A DNA stretch of 64,000 nucleotides from Vulcanimicrobiota bacterium (GCA_003158175.1 PMHJ01000024.1:15316-79315), one strand, 5' to 3'. Positions 43,095-53,751 are shown, numbered from the stretch's first letter. Notes: generated from the sequence alone by a model not told the origin. Made by a program: numbers and translations.

Positions 43095-44531
43095 GTGCAT
43101 GACCTTTATGTCGGCATCGGCTCGAACCTCGGCGATCGACAGGCAAACATCCTAGCCGCGCTGCAGCGCTTGCGGGCGCGCGCGCAGATCCTAGCCGTTT
43201 CGGCGTTTTACGAATCCGAGGCCGCCGGTGGGGCGCAAGGGCCCGCGTACTTGAACGTCGCGGCAGCGCTGCGCACGGAGCTCGATGCGCAAGCCTTTGT
43301 GAGTTTTGCGCGTGATGTGGAACTTGCGGTCGGCCGCGCGCGTGGAACGCGCCGGCTCGAGGCGCGCCCGATCGACCTCGACCTTTTGGTTTACGACGGT
43401 GCGATCGTACAGCCGCAGCTCGACGCTCGTCCGTATAACGCCGTGCCGCTCGCTGAGATAGCGCCCCAGCTCGTCGACATGCCGGCCTCGAACGGGCTTG
43501 TGCGGCGGCGGGAGCGCGGGTTGCGGTTCGATACCGATCGTCAATCGGAGGAGCCCGAAGTTCGGCTTTCACTTAGTCGCGCCGGCGTCTCGCGGGTGCG
43601 GCGGGTCGTTCATTTGGAAATCGACGGCCGTCCCGCGGTCTACAACGCCGAGTTTTCGATGGTCGCCGATCTCGCTGCGGACCGATCCGGCGTTCATATG
43701 TCGCGCTTTGCCGAAATTCTCGAGGAAGCGACGCTGGACGTGCTGGCCGGAGCAAACAGACCCGCCCGGATCGAACGGCTCGCCGAAGCGATCGCGCGTG
43801 AGATCGTGCAGAGTCAGCGTGCTATTCGGGCCGACGTGCGCCTGCGCGCCCGGTTCGGTTTGGAGCGATGGACTCCGGTCAGCGGAAAGCGCGGGGAAGA
43901 GACGTATACGCTCGTCGGCATAGCGCACGCCGATGAAAGCGGAACGCGGCGTATCGTCGGAGTCGAGGCCGAGGGCATGACCGCCTGCCCGTGCGCGCAG
44001 GCCATGGTGCGCGAGCATTCAATGCATCAGTTGATCGAAGCCGGCTTCAGCGAGGCCGACGCGCGGCGCGCGCTTGACGTGCTGCCCGTCGCAACGCACA
44101 ACCAGCGCGGTCGCGGCAGCATTCTCATCGGTGTACCCGAGGCGCAGACCGACGTCATCCGTGCCGAAGATCTCGTCGAAATCGTCGAAAACTCCATGTC
44201 GAGCGAAACGTACGATCTGCTCAAGCGGCCCGACGAGTTCTTCGTCGTTAACAAGGCGCATCACAATCCGAAGTTCGTCGAAGACGTCGTTCGCGGAATT
44301 CTCTTTCGCGCGCTCGAGATGTATGCCGATCTCGGCGACGACACGTTCGTATTCGCAAGCCAAATCAACGAAGAGTCCATCCACAAGCACGACGCATTCG
44401 CCGAAGGCTTTGGACTCTTCGGCGAACTGCGCGCAGAGCTGCGCAGCGGCTCGCACGAGATATCGAAGACCGATCTGGCAACCTGGCTTCGTACGCGCCC
44501 GTCCAAAATTACCATCGCCGAGGAAGTTTGA
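43095..44531 (+). CDS. Bifunctional fusion: HPPK (FolK) + GTP cyclohydrolase I type 2 (FolE2/MptA family)
   Basis: N-terminal VGIGSNLGDR...RPIDLDLLVY is HPPK. From about residue 190, GVHMSRF...MTACPCAQ...ATHNQRG..HKHDAFAE is FolE2. This is one uninterrupted frame. GTG 43095. Confidence 0.82.
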   Translation: MHDLYVGIGSNLGDRQANILAALQRLRARAQILAVSAFYESEAAGGAQGPAYLNVAAALRTELDAQAFVSFARDVELAVGRARGTRRLEARPIDLDLLVYDGAIVQPQLDARPYNAVPLAEIAPQLVDMPASNGLVRRRERGLRFDTDRQSEEPEVRLSLSRAGVSRVRRVVHLEIDGRPAVYNAEFSMVADLAADRSGVHMSRFAEILEEATLDVLAGANRPARIERLAEAIAREIVQSQRAIRADVRLRARFGLERWTPVSGKRGEETYTLVGIAHADESGTRRIVGVEAEGMTACPCAQAMVREHSMHQLIEAGFSEADARRALDVLPVATHNQRGRGSILIGVPEAQTDVIRAEDLVEIVENSMSSETYDLLKRPDEFFVVNKAHHNPKFVEDVVRGILFRALEMYADLGDDTFVFASQINEESIHKHDAFAEGFGLFGELRAELRSGSHEISKTDLATWLRTRPSKITIAEEV

Positions 44532-45973
44532 GCTTAACCTTGACTATGGCCATCAGCCGATATCTCGCGGCGTTCTGCTCCTTCTCGATGGCTCTAGCAT
44601 TTGCAGATTGCACGAGATTGCAGCCGCAGTCTGCGCCGGGGATGGTGCCGGCAACTACGGGCGCATTACCCGCTGGGGGCGCCATGCCGGCGCGCCTCCG
44701 AGCGGTGCGCGTAGCACGGTACATCCGTCACGTTGTGATCGTGGTTCAAGAAAATCGCACCTTCGACAATCTGTTTGCGACGTTCCCCGGCGCGGACGGA
44801 ACGCGATACGGCGAGATGAAGAGCGGCTCGAAGGAGGTCCGAATCGAGCTCAAGTCCGTCCCCCTCGACGGCCTCTGCGATTTCGGACATGGCTACGGAA
44901 ACTACCTCAGCGACTATGACCACGGCTTGATGGATGGTTTCAATTTAGAAGGCGGCAGCAAGAAATGTCCGGGCAAAGCCGGAGCCGCTCCTTATCAATA
45001 CGTCAGTCCGTCGCAAATCCGTCCGTACTGGGAGATGGCCCATCAATACGTGCTGGCCGATCACCTATTTACAACGCAAGGCAGCGGGAGCTTCACGGCG
45101 CACCAAGATTTAATTGCCGGGGGCACGACGATCGGTACGGCACAAACCGTGGCGCTCGTCGACTTCCCGACTCATTTTCCGTGGGGGTGCGACGCGCCAG
45201 CGGGGACCGTGACGTCCTTATTAATCGCCGGTGCGCCGCCAAAATATGAATCCGATGCGGGTCCGTTCCCCTGCCTAAAGTATGCAACGCTCCGCGATCT
45301 CCTCGACGCAAGGTCGATTACTTGGAAGTACTACTCGCCGCCGGAGCCGCACGGGACCGGCGCGCTCTGGGACGCGTTCGATGCGATCAAGGCCGTGCGC
45401 GAAGGTACGGAATGGAAGACGAACGTTACCCACCAGCCAACGGTCATCTTTAGCGACATCTCCAACGGTACGCTGCCCGCGGTTTCCTGGGTCGTACCCG
45501 ATGACGTGAACTCAGATCATCCGGGCGATGCGTCCGACGCAGGCCCTTCGTGGGTCGCGAGCATCGTTAATGCGGTCGGCGAAAGCAAGTACTGGCATTC
45601 TACCGCGGTCATCGTCGTGTGGGACGATTGGGGGGGATTCTACGATCACGTGAGGCCGCCGTTCTTCGATCGATGGGGAGGCCTGGGTTTTCGAGTCCCT
45701 ATGCTGATCGTTTCGGCCTATTCGCGCGAAGAAAACTCAAAGCACCACGGCTACGTCTCGCACACCCAGTACGAGTTTGGCAGTATTTTGAAGTTTGTAG
45801 AAAACATCTGGGGCTTGGGACGCCTTGGAACGACCGATTCGCGCGCCACCAGCATTGTCGACTGTTTCGACTTTGCGCAATCTCCACGAACGTTCAAGCG
45901 CATCTCCTCGTCGTATTCCCGGGAATATTTTGAGCATCAGCCGCCGTCGTACGAGCCGGTCGATTCCGAATAG
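44528..45973 (+). CDS. Phosphoesterase-family protein (phospholipase C / acid phosphatase AcpA type), lipoprotein
   Basis: VVIVVQENRTFDNLF, lipobox-like ALAFADC, and VIVVWDDWGGFYDH. TTGA overlap with the upstream gene. An alternative ATG lies at 44546. Confidence 0.8.
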   Translation: MSLTLTMAISRYLAAFCSFSMALAFADCTRLQPQSAPGMVPATTGALPAGGAMPARLRAVRVARYIRHVVIVVQENRTFDNLFATFPGADGTRYGEMKSGSKEVRIELKSVPLDGLCDFGHGYGNYLSDYDHGLMDGFNLEGGSKKCPGKAGAAPYQYVSPSQIRPYWEMAHQYVLADHLFTTQGSGSFTAHQDLIAGGTTIGTAQTVALVDFPTHFPWGCDAPAGTVTSLLIAGAPPKYESDAGPFPCLKYATLRDLLDARSITWKYYSPPEPHGTGALWDAFDAIKAVREGTEWKTNVTHQPTVIFSDISNGTLPAVSWVVPDDVNSDHPGDASDAGPSWVASIVNAVGESKYWHSTAVIVVWDDWGGFYDHVRPPFFDRWGGLGFRVPMLIVSAYSREENSKHHGYVSHTQYEFGSILKFVENIWGLGRLGTTDSRATSIVDCFDFAQSPRTFKRISSSYSREYFEHQPPSYEPVDSE

Positions 45974-45982
45974 CTCCTGACC

Positions 45983-47164
45983 CTACGAGCCTTCGAGGGT
46001 CGCGATGCGCGCTCGCAGCGAAGGATGCGACGAGAAGAAGAGCTCGTACCACGCCGGCGGATCTTCGTCGGCGAGATTCTGGTCGCGCAAGCGACGGAAG
46101 GCGGAGGCTCCGGCGGCCGCGTCGCCGGTAGCGGCAAGCGCGAATCGGTCCGCGGCCCATTCGCGCGAGCGCGAAAAGGCGAAGAGCAGCGGTCGAAGGG
46201 CCTGCGACGCGACGAGCATCGCTGCGTAGAGCCGAACGATGAGCAGCGGCCGGTCGCGCAGCTCCTCGCGCTCGCTTTTTGAAACGGCGGAGTTTGCGAC
46301 CAGAAAAAGCACGATCGCGAGCGCTTCGCCCAGCGCAATCAGCCGCCACGTGTCCTTATTGACGTAGTGGCCGAGCTCGTGTGCCACGACGAACTCGGTC
46401 TCGTTCTCCGGAAAGGCCTCAATCAGTGTGTCGCCGAGCACGATTCGATGTGTCTTACCGATGCCGGTGACGAAGGCGTTTGCCTTGCGCGTCTGCCGGC
46501 TCATGTCCATTCGAAGAATCGCCGCGTCGCCAACTCCATACCGTGACGCCAGCGCGCGCAGGCGTTCCTCCAACGAGCCCGTCACCGGGTCGAACTTATT
46601 GAAGAGCGGCATCACATAGAGCGGAACGATCAGATTCCCGATTATAAAGAGAGGGAAAACTCCGACCGACGCAAGGATCGGCCATCTCCGAGGCGCGCGC
46701 CGAAGCGCAAAGCCGAAGAGCGTCGCGAGCAACGCCGATAATACGGCCGAAATCGTCGCGCCCTTCGCGTAGTCGTCCAGCCAGCCGCGCCGCGATTGAT
46801 CGCTGAGCCCAAAACGCCGTTCGAGCGAGTACTCTTCGATAAACGATACGGGCAGCTCCGTAATCGCCGAAGCAAGCGAAAGCGCGGCATAATAGCAAGC
46901 GGGACGCGCCCAAACCGGCAGGCGGAGCGTAGCGCGGTCCGCGCGAGCTCCTAGCGGACCATAGGCAAATGCCATGAAGCCGGCGATTCCTCTCACGGTG
47001 CCCAGCACTTCGAGTGCTCGTCTAGCCCGTGCGTACGCCGCCGCATCTTTGGCGACCGGCGCGGCCGGATTGCGCCATTCCGAAAAAGCCTCGTAGTATC
47101 TTACCGCGAGATAACCGGCGCCCAATCCCATTCCTGCGCCCAACAGCACCTTACGACCGTTCAT
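45983..47164 (-). CDS. M48-family (Ste24/HtpX-like) zinc metalloprotease
   Basis: HELGHYVNKD HExxH motif, multi-TM N-terminal half. ATG 47164. Confidence 0.82.
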   Translation of the reverse strand: MNGRKVLLGAGMGLGAGYLAVRYYEAFSEWRNPAAPVAKDAAAYARARRALEVLGTVRGIAGFMAFAYGPLGARADRATLRLPVWARPACYYAALSLASAITELPVSFIEEYSLERRFGLSDQSRRGWLDDYAKGATISAVLSALLATLFGFALRRAPRRWPILASVGVFPLFIIGNLIVPLYVMPLFNKFDPVTGSLEERLRALASRYGVGDAAILRMDMSRQTRKANAFVTGIGKTHRIVLGDTLIEAFPENETEFVVAHELGHYVNKDTWRLIALGEALAIVLFLVANSAVSKSEREELRDRPLLIVRLYAAMLVASQALRPLLFAFSRSREWAADRFALAATGDAAAGASAFRRLRDQNLADEDPPAWYELFFSSHPSLRARIATLEGS

Positions 47165-47210
47165 CAGCGCCGCGCTTCGCCGAAAGCCGCTCCCCTCCGC
47201 TGCAATGCGG

Positions 47211-48296
47211 TCAGACGATTGAAATCGTCTCTTTTGGCTTAGGGTGTGCGGCGATCGCGGAAAGCAGGCTATCGGCCAAGACGTCGCAGATCGGATCGTC
47301 CAGCTCCTCGATTCGCCCCTCATCGGCGAGGAGCAGTTTGATCGGATCGATCGGAATGCGCGCGAAGACCGGCGCTTGGGCCAGCTCGGCGACCTGCTGG
47401 GCGTACGACGGCCCGAAGATCTCGTACTCCTTTCCCGTATCGGGCGCGACGAAATACGACATGTTTTCGACGACGCCGAGAACAGGTTTTTTTAACTCAC
47501 GGATCAAGTTGGCCGCCTTGCGCACGATCATCGTCGCCAGAGCTTGCGGCATCGTGACGAGGACGACGCCATCGATGTTCAACGACTGCAAAACGGTCAG
47601 CGGCGCGTCGGACGTGCCCGGCGGAAGATCGACGAGCAAGAAGTCCAGCTCGCTCCAGAGTACCTGCTCGTAAAATTGGCGGATGACGCTCGCGACGATC
47701 GGCCCGCGCCAGATCATCGCTTTGTCTTCCTGTTCGATAAACAGGTTGGAGCTGACGACTTCGATCGCGCTTCGCGTGACGGCCGGATGCATCAGCGGCT
47801 GCGGTTGTCCTTGGGGCGTCGTTTTGACCGGGTCGGCGTCGATCTGCATCGGCCGGCGCAGACCGAAAAGCTTCGGGATCGAGGGCCCGGTGATATCGGC
47901 GTCGATGATGCCGACGCGGTAGTTCTTGCGGCGCAGCCCAACGGCGAGCAGTGCGGTAACCAGCGATTTGCCGACGCCGCCCTTTCCCGACATGATCGGA
48001 ATCGTATGCGCGAACTTGGTACGCCCGCTAAAGGCGCCCGGTGCTCGCGCGGCGGGCCGGCGCGATTCCTCGGCAATCTTCGGTACGTTTCCCGACCGTC
48101 GAGCCTCTTTCAGTGCGTCGACGATCGGTTCGACGCGCAGGCCGTGCGCCCGCGCGCCCTGTTCGACATTCTCGTACTTGCTCACGCCGCACCCGCTGCA
48201 GCCCAGCCCAAATGCCGTCAAAACCTCAGCGGCAATCGGCAGCTGGGCGACGAGCTCCTTTATATTGGTTTGTGGGGCGATCACGATTTCGGGCAT
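47211..48296 (-). CDS. Mrp/NBP35 (ApbC) Fe-S cluster carrier ATPase with an N-terminal DUF1858-like CxxC domain
   Basis: N-terminal AEVLTAFGLGCSGCGVS. Deviant Walker A MSGKGGVGKS. C-terminal Mrp core. Confidence 0.85.
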   Translation of the reverse strand: MPEIVIAPQTNIKELVAQLPIAAEVLTAFGLGCSGCGVSKYENVEQGARAHGLRVEPIVDALKEARRSGNVPKIAEESRRPAARAPGAFSGRTKFAHTIPIMSGKGGVGKSLVTALLAVGLRRKNYRVGIIDADITGPSIPKLFGLRRPMQIDADPVKTTPQGQPQPLMHPAVTRSAIEVVSSNLFIEQEDKAMIWRGPIVASVIRQFYEQVLWSELDFLLVDLPPGTSDAPLTVLQSLNIDGVVLVTMPQALATMIVRKAANLIRELKKPVLGVVENMSYFVAPDTGKEYEIFGPSYAQQVAELAQAPVFARIPIDPIKLLLADEGRIEELDDPICDVLADSLLSAIAAHPKPKETISIV

Positions 48297-48331
48297 GGCT
48301 TCCTCGTTGAACCTTCGAACCGCGCCAGAGT

Positions 48332-49621
48332 ATGCAACGGTCGATCGAGCGTGCGCTCGAGGTGCTCGCCGGCGGATGCGATTCGCCGGTACGCTCGGGT
48401 TGGAGCGCCGGCTTGCCGATGTTCGTGCAAGCTTCGGCCGCCGGCGCCTACGCGTACGACGAATCGGGCCGGCGCTACATCGACTACGTGATGGCTTATG
48501 GGCCGCTGCTCTTCGGGCACACGCATCCCGAACTGGTCACCGGTCTCGACTCGCTGGCCGAGCATGGTCTCGTCTGGGGTACGACTCATGGCGAAGAGAT
48601 TCGCCTCGCCGAACGCATTCGAGCGTATCTGCCGTCAATGCAGCGCCTGCGCTTCGTCACGACCGGAACCGAAGCGATGATGAGCGCGGTCCGCGTGGCA
48701 CGCGCTTTTACCGGACGCTCGCGCATTCTCAAGTTTGCGGGCAACTATCACGGCCATTTCGATCCCGCGCTCATCGATGCGGGCGCCTCGGCCGGCGCGG
48801 GGGGCGGCGGAATTCCGCAAAGCGTGCGAGCCGACGTGCTTGTCGCGCGATACAACGATCTCGCCTCCGTTGACGAGTTGCTCGAAGGAGACGAAACCGG
48901 CCTCGCCGCGATAATGGTCGAACCGATCGGGGCCAACATGGGTCTAGTGCAGCCGGCCGATGGATTCTTGGAAGGTTTACTGCAACGCGCTCGGCGCGCC
49001 GGCGCCCTCCTGATCTTCGATGAAGTCATCACGTGGCTTCGTTTCGGGCTGCGCGGTGCGCAAGACCGCACGCCGGTCGTTCCGGATTTGACGGCGCTGG
49101 GGAAGATCATGGGCGGTGGCCTGCCGATTGCCGCTTTCGGCGGACGGCGCGACGCGATGGCGGTACTGGCACCGGAGGGCGAAACCTTCACCGGCGGGAC
49201 CCACGGAGGCAATCCGTTCTGTGTCGGAATGGCGCATCGAGTTCTCGACGTGCTCGAAGCGCATCCGGAATACTATGCTTACATGGATGGACTCGCGCGG
49301 CGACTGGCTGCCGGCTTTCGAGAGATCTTTACGCGGCGCGGACTGCCCTATACGGTCGTGCAGCAGGAGTCGGTCGTCGATTTCAAGTTTCGTGCCGGCA
49401 CGCCTGCGCAAAACTATGACGACGCTTGCAGCGCCGATCGCACGGCATTCGCGCGCTATTGTAAGGCGATGCTCGAACGGGGCGTACTGCTTGCGCCGTC
49501 GCAGAATGAGGTGATGTTCCTCTCTACCGCTCACACCGCGCAAGACGTGGACGAAACGCTCGCGGCGGCGGAGTTTGCCCTAGGCGCGGCGGCGACGCGG
49601 AACGATCTTCGCGCGCAATAA
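48332..49621 (+). CDS. hemL: Glutamate-1-semialdehyde 2,1-aminomutase
   Basis: Class-III aminotransferase. YIDYVMAYGPLLFGH, LIFDEVITWLRFG, LGKIMGGGLP (PLP Lys). Confidence 0.9.
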   Translation: MQRSIERALEVLAGGCDSPVRSGWSAGLPMFVQASAAGAYAYDESGRRYIDYVMAYGPLLFGHTHPELVTGLDSLAEHGLVWGTTHGEEIRLAERIRAYLPSMQRLRFVTTGTEAMMSAVRVARAFTGRSRILKFAGNYHGHFDPALIDAGASAGAGGGGIPQSVRADVLVARYNDLASVDELLEGDETGLAAIMVEPIGANMGLVQPADGFLEGLLQRARRAGALLIFDEVITWLRFGLRGAQDRTPVVPDLTALGKIMGGGLPIAAFGGRRDAMAVLAPEGETFTGGTHGGNPFCVGMAHRVLDVLEAHPEYYAYMDGLARRLAAGFREIFTRRGLPYTVVQQESVVDFKFRAGTPAQNYDDACSADRTAFARYCKAMLERGVLLAPSQNEVMFLSTAHTAQDVDETLAAAEFALGAAATRNDLRAQ

Positions 49622-49625
49622 ATTC

Positions 49626-49657
49626 GCAACGGCCTCCGTTTCACCGGAGGCCGTTGC
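49626..49657. terminator. Bidirectional hairpin terminator between hemL and the TonB-dependent receptor gene
   Basis: Perfect 13-bp stem GCAACGGCCTCCG (49626-49638) paired with CGGAGGCCGTTGC (49645-49657), and a 6-nt loop. It is flanked by short T/A-rich runs on both strands. Confidence 0.6.
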
Positions 49658-49680
49658 GCCCTTTCCAAGAGATCGTTGCG

Positions 49681-52600
49681 CTAGATTTTTACCTGTGCGT
49701 TGAAGTAGAGGTTGATCGGTGGCGCTATCGCTCCGATCGATCCGTTGTTTGCGCCGCCCGACGGGAGGTAGCTCTGCGTCCACGGCGTGCTCGCCTTGTT
49801 GGCCGCCCGGTCGCCGATGCCGGTGCCGTTGTAGAAGTTGCCGGGATAGAGGGTGCTGTTGAGCACGCCGCCGTCCGGCGCGTAGGCGCAGGCCACATTA
49901 CTCGGCGGATTTGCCAGCGTCCACGGCTCTTGCGTTCCACCGAAGCAGACGTGGAACAGGCCCGCGCCGAGCAGCGTTAGGCGAATCCGAGGGGTCACGT
50001 CGTAGGCGATCTGAAGGTTTCCGACGACTGAGTTGGGCTGCTCGATGTTATCGAACGCGAACGAGCCGGTCTGGAAGTTCGGCGTGTACAAGTAGCCGTA
50101 CGTACCCAAACCGGGGGAGCCCGCGTAGAGGTAGTTGCACTGTTGCGGGTTGGCCTTCGGCGAGAGCTTCGTGATTCCGGTCGTCGCCGAGTTCAGAATG
50201 CAGGAGCGCGGATCGTAGCCGTTGTTGTCCAGCGGAGTGCCGTAGAAACCGCCGCTCTGGAAGGAGAAGCTTGGCGTGATCGCCAGCTTATCGTGTCGCC
50301 AGTTGAGGATCAACGACGAGACGTACGGCGAGATGTAGCTGACGAACGAACCGTTGAGACTCGGCGCGATCGCAGTTGAGTAGGGATTGTACCAGCCACC
50401 GAGATTCAAGAGTCCCTGTGATGGAAGGTTGTAGTACGGGTTGAGGATCGTATCGTAACCTTTCAAGATCTTGCCGTTGCGAGTGTTGCACGGAACGCCG
50501 ATTCCGTCTTGGTAGCAGGGATGTCCGCCGCCCGCTTTGGTCAGCAAGTTGTACTGCGAGATGACCCCGTTGAGGACGGTGAGCGGATTGGGGATGATGC
50601 CGCCGGTCGAGAGCGGCACGTTCTGGAACATGACCTTCGAGTTGGTATACGTGAAGGCCAACTGTCCGGAGAGCCCGTTGCGGGTGAAATCGCCCTTGGT
50701 GAACTCAAACTCCACACCTTGGTTGCGATTGACGCCGACGGGAATCTGCGTGGCGAAGTTGGAGCCGATAAACGTTTGTTGCTGCCAGTTCGAGACCCAG
50801 GTGTAGAACGGCGTGAGCTTAAAACTCATGTCCGTTCCGCGAAAGTGCTGCTCGTAGGAGAGATCGTACTGCCCCGACGAGACACCCGGAATCGGATGGA
50901 ACGGCGAGTAGAATCCGAGGTTCATCGTGTTGTTCCAAACCGAGCGTTCGTCGCCGGATGAACTGAGGTACTGTACCGACGCGGAGATCGGCGGCTGCGT
51001 GTAGCGCCCGGCCGAGACGCGCCAGACGACGTCGGGCGATTGCGAATAGGTCGCCGAGAAACGCGGCTCCCAGTAGTTGAGCGTGTACGAGTTGGGCGAG
51101 GACGCCGTGAAGTTCGGCGCCGCGACGCCGTTTTGCGTCGTGCCGTTGGGATGGACCCAGCCGGTGTGGGGACCCGCCGGGTGAAGGACCGCGGCTGCGG
51201 TGTCGCAGCTTCCGTTAACGTACTGGGCATTTGCCGGCGGCGGTTGCCCTGGCGGCAGCAGTTGCGTGAGCACTTGGTTCGTCGGTGCGTAGACGCAAGT
51301 GTAGTTGGCGGTCATGTTCGCGTAGAACTCGTCGGCCGCAGTCGCCGAGTCGGGCAGCTTATACGTGAAGTTGTCGTAGCGAATCGCCGCATTGATCAGG
51401 ATTTTATCGTTGGGGCGGAACTGATCGGCAAGCGAAGCGTTCACGAACTCCGGTTTAACCGAGTTGTACGAGCCGCTCGCATTGCCATTCCAGAGACTAT
51501 CCCACTGCGCACCAGCCTTGGCGGCCGGTGAGCCCGGGGCGCCGTACCCCGCTGGGCCGCCGGAAGCTACGCCGGTCCAGGTCGGCACGACGTTGCATTG
51601 CGGAGCCGCCTTTTTTGCACAGTTAAAATACGAGGATCCGGTGCCCCCTGTGAGGCTCGTATCGTAGTAGGTGGGCGCGTCCAGGCAGATCTGCTTGGCG
51701 CCAGTCGTGGGATCGTAACAGGTGAATCCACCTGCCGACCGAGCCATGTAGCCGATTGGGGAATCGTTGTCGGCCGCCGAGCCGTTGTTCCAGCGGATGA
51801 CGCCGGCGGTCGTGTAGTTGCCGTCAGCCGTCAGGAGATTCTGGTCGTTGAGCTGGTCTTGGAAGTCCAGCGCGCCGCCGGAGGTGTGCGTGACGAGCTG
51901 GTATTGTGCGTTTGCAGGTAGTGACGGGACGCCGTCTCCCGTTGCGCCCGCGATCGGGTTATTCTCCAGCCAATCCGAGTAGAAGGTGTAGCCGTAGGCT
52001 CGCAGATAGGCCGATTGGCTTAGTGCGTAGGTGTACTGCAGCTTGCTGATGCCGGCGTCGTTCCGAATGCTCCCTTCCGAGTTGTCGTTGAGCGGAATCG
52101 GGCCGTTAAACGCGTGGGCCGGCGTGTCGGGAACCATATAGACGCCCGGCGACCGGACGGTCCCCGTGCCGGTCTTATAGTTGTACGCGCTAATCGGAGC
52201 GCCGAATGGAACGTTGTAGGCAACACCGTCGGCATATCCCAGATAGGTCGGTCCGCAGGCGAGCGTCCCAAGAGTGGTCGAGGGACACGTATATGGACCG
52301 GGCGGCAAGCCAAGACGCTGCAGATAGAACTGGTTCGGCTGCAGAAAAGAAACGATCTGACCAACTCCCGAGCATCCGTTGACGGTGAGGCCGGGGCCGA
52401 CCGTCTCCGGACCGCAAGTCGGAGCCGCAGCCCGCGTTCCGTATGCCCCCCAGATGAACTGGTTGTTGCCCGGTCCTTCGTCATCTGGGCTGTTATAACC
52501 GTAGTTGTTGAGCGCTGATCCGCTCCATAGGACCTGGACGTCGTCGCGCAATCCGTTGGCTTTGGGGATGCCCATGTGCAGGTTGATCACGCTCTCGCGA

Positions 52601-53751
52601 TCCGTGACTACCGATGGGTCGCCGGCAACGCCGCTGTAGTACTGCCAGCATCCTTGGTCTGGGAAGCTGAACTTCGGTCCGTACAATTGACAGATGGGCT
52701 TCACGCCTTGAGCGGTGCCAAAAACCGCGGTCGGTGACGTATCGTACACTTGAGCGCTCAGGAGGCCGTAGCCGAGCAACGTACCGTCGACATCGCCCGA
52801 GAAGAAGCCGCCCGGGGTCATGTATCCCGCGCCGTTGGTGCTGTCGAAGAAACGCGATTCTTGATTGTAGCCTAAAAGGCCGACGTAGTAGCTGAAGTTA
52901 CGATCGGGGGTCGAGCCGCCGATCTCGACGCTCGCCTGATGGTAGAACTGCGGCGTCGCGATCCCCAGGTTGGCCGTCGCGAAGCCCGGGAAGGTACCGG
53001 TCTTGATCACCTGGTTGATAAAACCGGCGGTGCCGGCCGAGGCAACCGAGGAGGGACCGCCGCCGGTGTAGACCTGCAACTCGGAAAGACCGAGGCTCGA
53101 TTCGGTTCCGGAGTTGTAGTTGTCGAAGGAACGGTTGATGGGGATCCCGTCATACTCGAAGCCCGTGTAGTACGAGTTTTGGCCGCGAATGTAGGCCGCG
53201 TTGAAATCCCAGCCCATCCCTCCCTGCGACGTTTGGATGCCCGGGACCGACGCCATTGCCGAGTAGGCGCTGTTGAGGTTTCCGCCGCCGCCAAGCGCCG
53301 CCGCAGCCGCGGCTTGCGCTGAGTTGACGCTGTAGAGATCGCCTCCGACGCCGGATTTTACCAGCGACGAGCCGGCTTGCGACGTCACCGACGCGATCGT
53401 TTTGAGCGACTTGCTCAGCGTGAAGCTGACTTGTTGAGTTTGATCGGCAAAAACGACCGTTCCGCCAATGGATACGCTCTGGTAACCGAATTTGCTTAGG
53501 CTAAGCGTATAGGTGTCCGGTGCGAGCGAGAGCAGGGTGAAATGGCCGCCGGAATCGGTCGTTGCCGTCGCGCTCTGCGACGGCGATTCGGCTTTCACGC
53601 TTACTCCCGCTAGGGGCGCTCCCGTGTTATCGCGGACGGTGCCGTTCACGTTTCCGGTGACTCCTGCCAGTGCCCATGTTTCCTGGAACAGGAAGGCGAC
53701 CAGAAGCGCAACGGCGACGCTCGTAAAACGGAGCGTTCGTTGCTGTTTCAT
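49681..53751 (-). CDS. Oar-like TonB-dependent outer-membrane receptor with an N-terminal carboxypeptidase-regulatory-like domain
   Basis: Signal peptide, then GNVNGTVRDNTGAPLAGVSVKA...TDSGGHFTLLSLAPDTYTL (CarboxypepD_reg). A plug-like region and about 1100 aa of Gly/Tyr/Asn-rich beta-barrel sequence follow. Confidence 0.8.
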   Translation of the reverse strand: MKQQRTLRFTSVAVALLVAFLFQETWALAGVTGNVNGTVRDNTGAPLAGVSVKAESPSQSATATTDSGGHFTLLSLAPDTYTLSLSKFGYQSVSIGGTVVFADQTQQVSFTLSKSLKTIASVTSQAGSSLVKSGVGGDLYSVNSAQAAAAAALGGGGNLNSAYSAMASVPGIQTSQGGMGWDFNAAYIRGQNSYYTGFEYDGIPINRSFDNYNSGTESSLGLSELQVYTGGGPSSVASAGTAGFINQVIKTGTFPGFATANLGIATPQFYHQASVEIGGSTPDRNFSYYVGLLGYNQESRFFDSTNGAGYMTPGGFFSGDVDGTLLGYGLLSAQVYDTSPTAVFGTAQGVKPICQLYGPKFSFPDQGCWQYYSGVAGDPSVVTDRESVINLHMGIPKANGLRDDVQVLWSGSALNNYGYNSPDDEGPGNNQFIWGAYGTRAAAPTCGPETVGPGLTVNGCSGVGQIVSFLQPNQFYLQRLGLPPGPYTCPSTTLGTLACGPTYLGYADGVAYNVPFGAPISAYNYKTGTGTVRSPGVYMVPDTPAHAFNGPIPLNDNSEGSIRNDAGISKLQYTYALSQSAYLRAYGYTFYSDWLENNPIAGATGDGVPSLPANAQYQLVTHTSGGALDFQDQLNDQNLLTADGNYTTAGVIRWNNGSAADNDSPIGYMARSAGGFTCYDPTTGAKQICLDAPTYYDTSLTGGTGSSYFNCAKKAAPQCNVVPTWTGVASGGPAGYGAPGSPAAKAGAQWDSLWNGNASGSYNSVKPEFVNASLADQFRPNDKILINAAIRYDNFTYKLPDSATAADEFYANMTANYTCVYAPTNQVLTQLLPPGQPPPANAQYVNGSCDTAAAVLHPAGPHTGWVHPNGTTQNGVAAPNFTASSPNSYTLNYWEPRFSATYSQSPDVVWRVSAGRYTQPPISASVQYLSSSGDERSVWNNTMNLGFYSPFHPIPGVSSGQYDLSYEQHFRGTDMSFKLTPFYTWVSNWQQQTFIGSNFATQIPVGVNRNQGVEFEFTKGDFTRNGLSGQLAFTYTNSKVMFQNVPLSTGGIIPNPLTVLNGVISQYNLLTKAGGGHPCYQDGIGVPCNTRNGKILKGYDTILNPYYNLPSQGLLNLGGWYNPYSTAIAPSLNGSFVSYISPYVSSLILNWRHDKLAITPSFSFQSGGFYGTPLDNNGYDPRSCILNSATTGITKLSPKANPQQCNYLYAGSPGLGTYGYLYTPNFQTGSFAFDNIEQPNSVVGNLQIAYDVTPRIRLTLLGAGLFHVCFGGTQEPWTLANPPSNVACAYAPDGGVLNSTLYPGNFYNGTGIGDRAANKASTPWTQSYLPSGGANNGSIGAIAPPINLYFNAQVKI

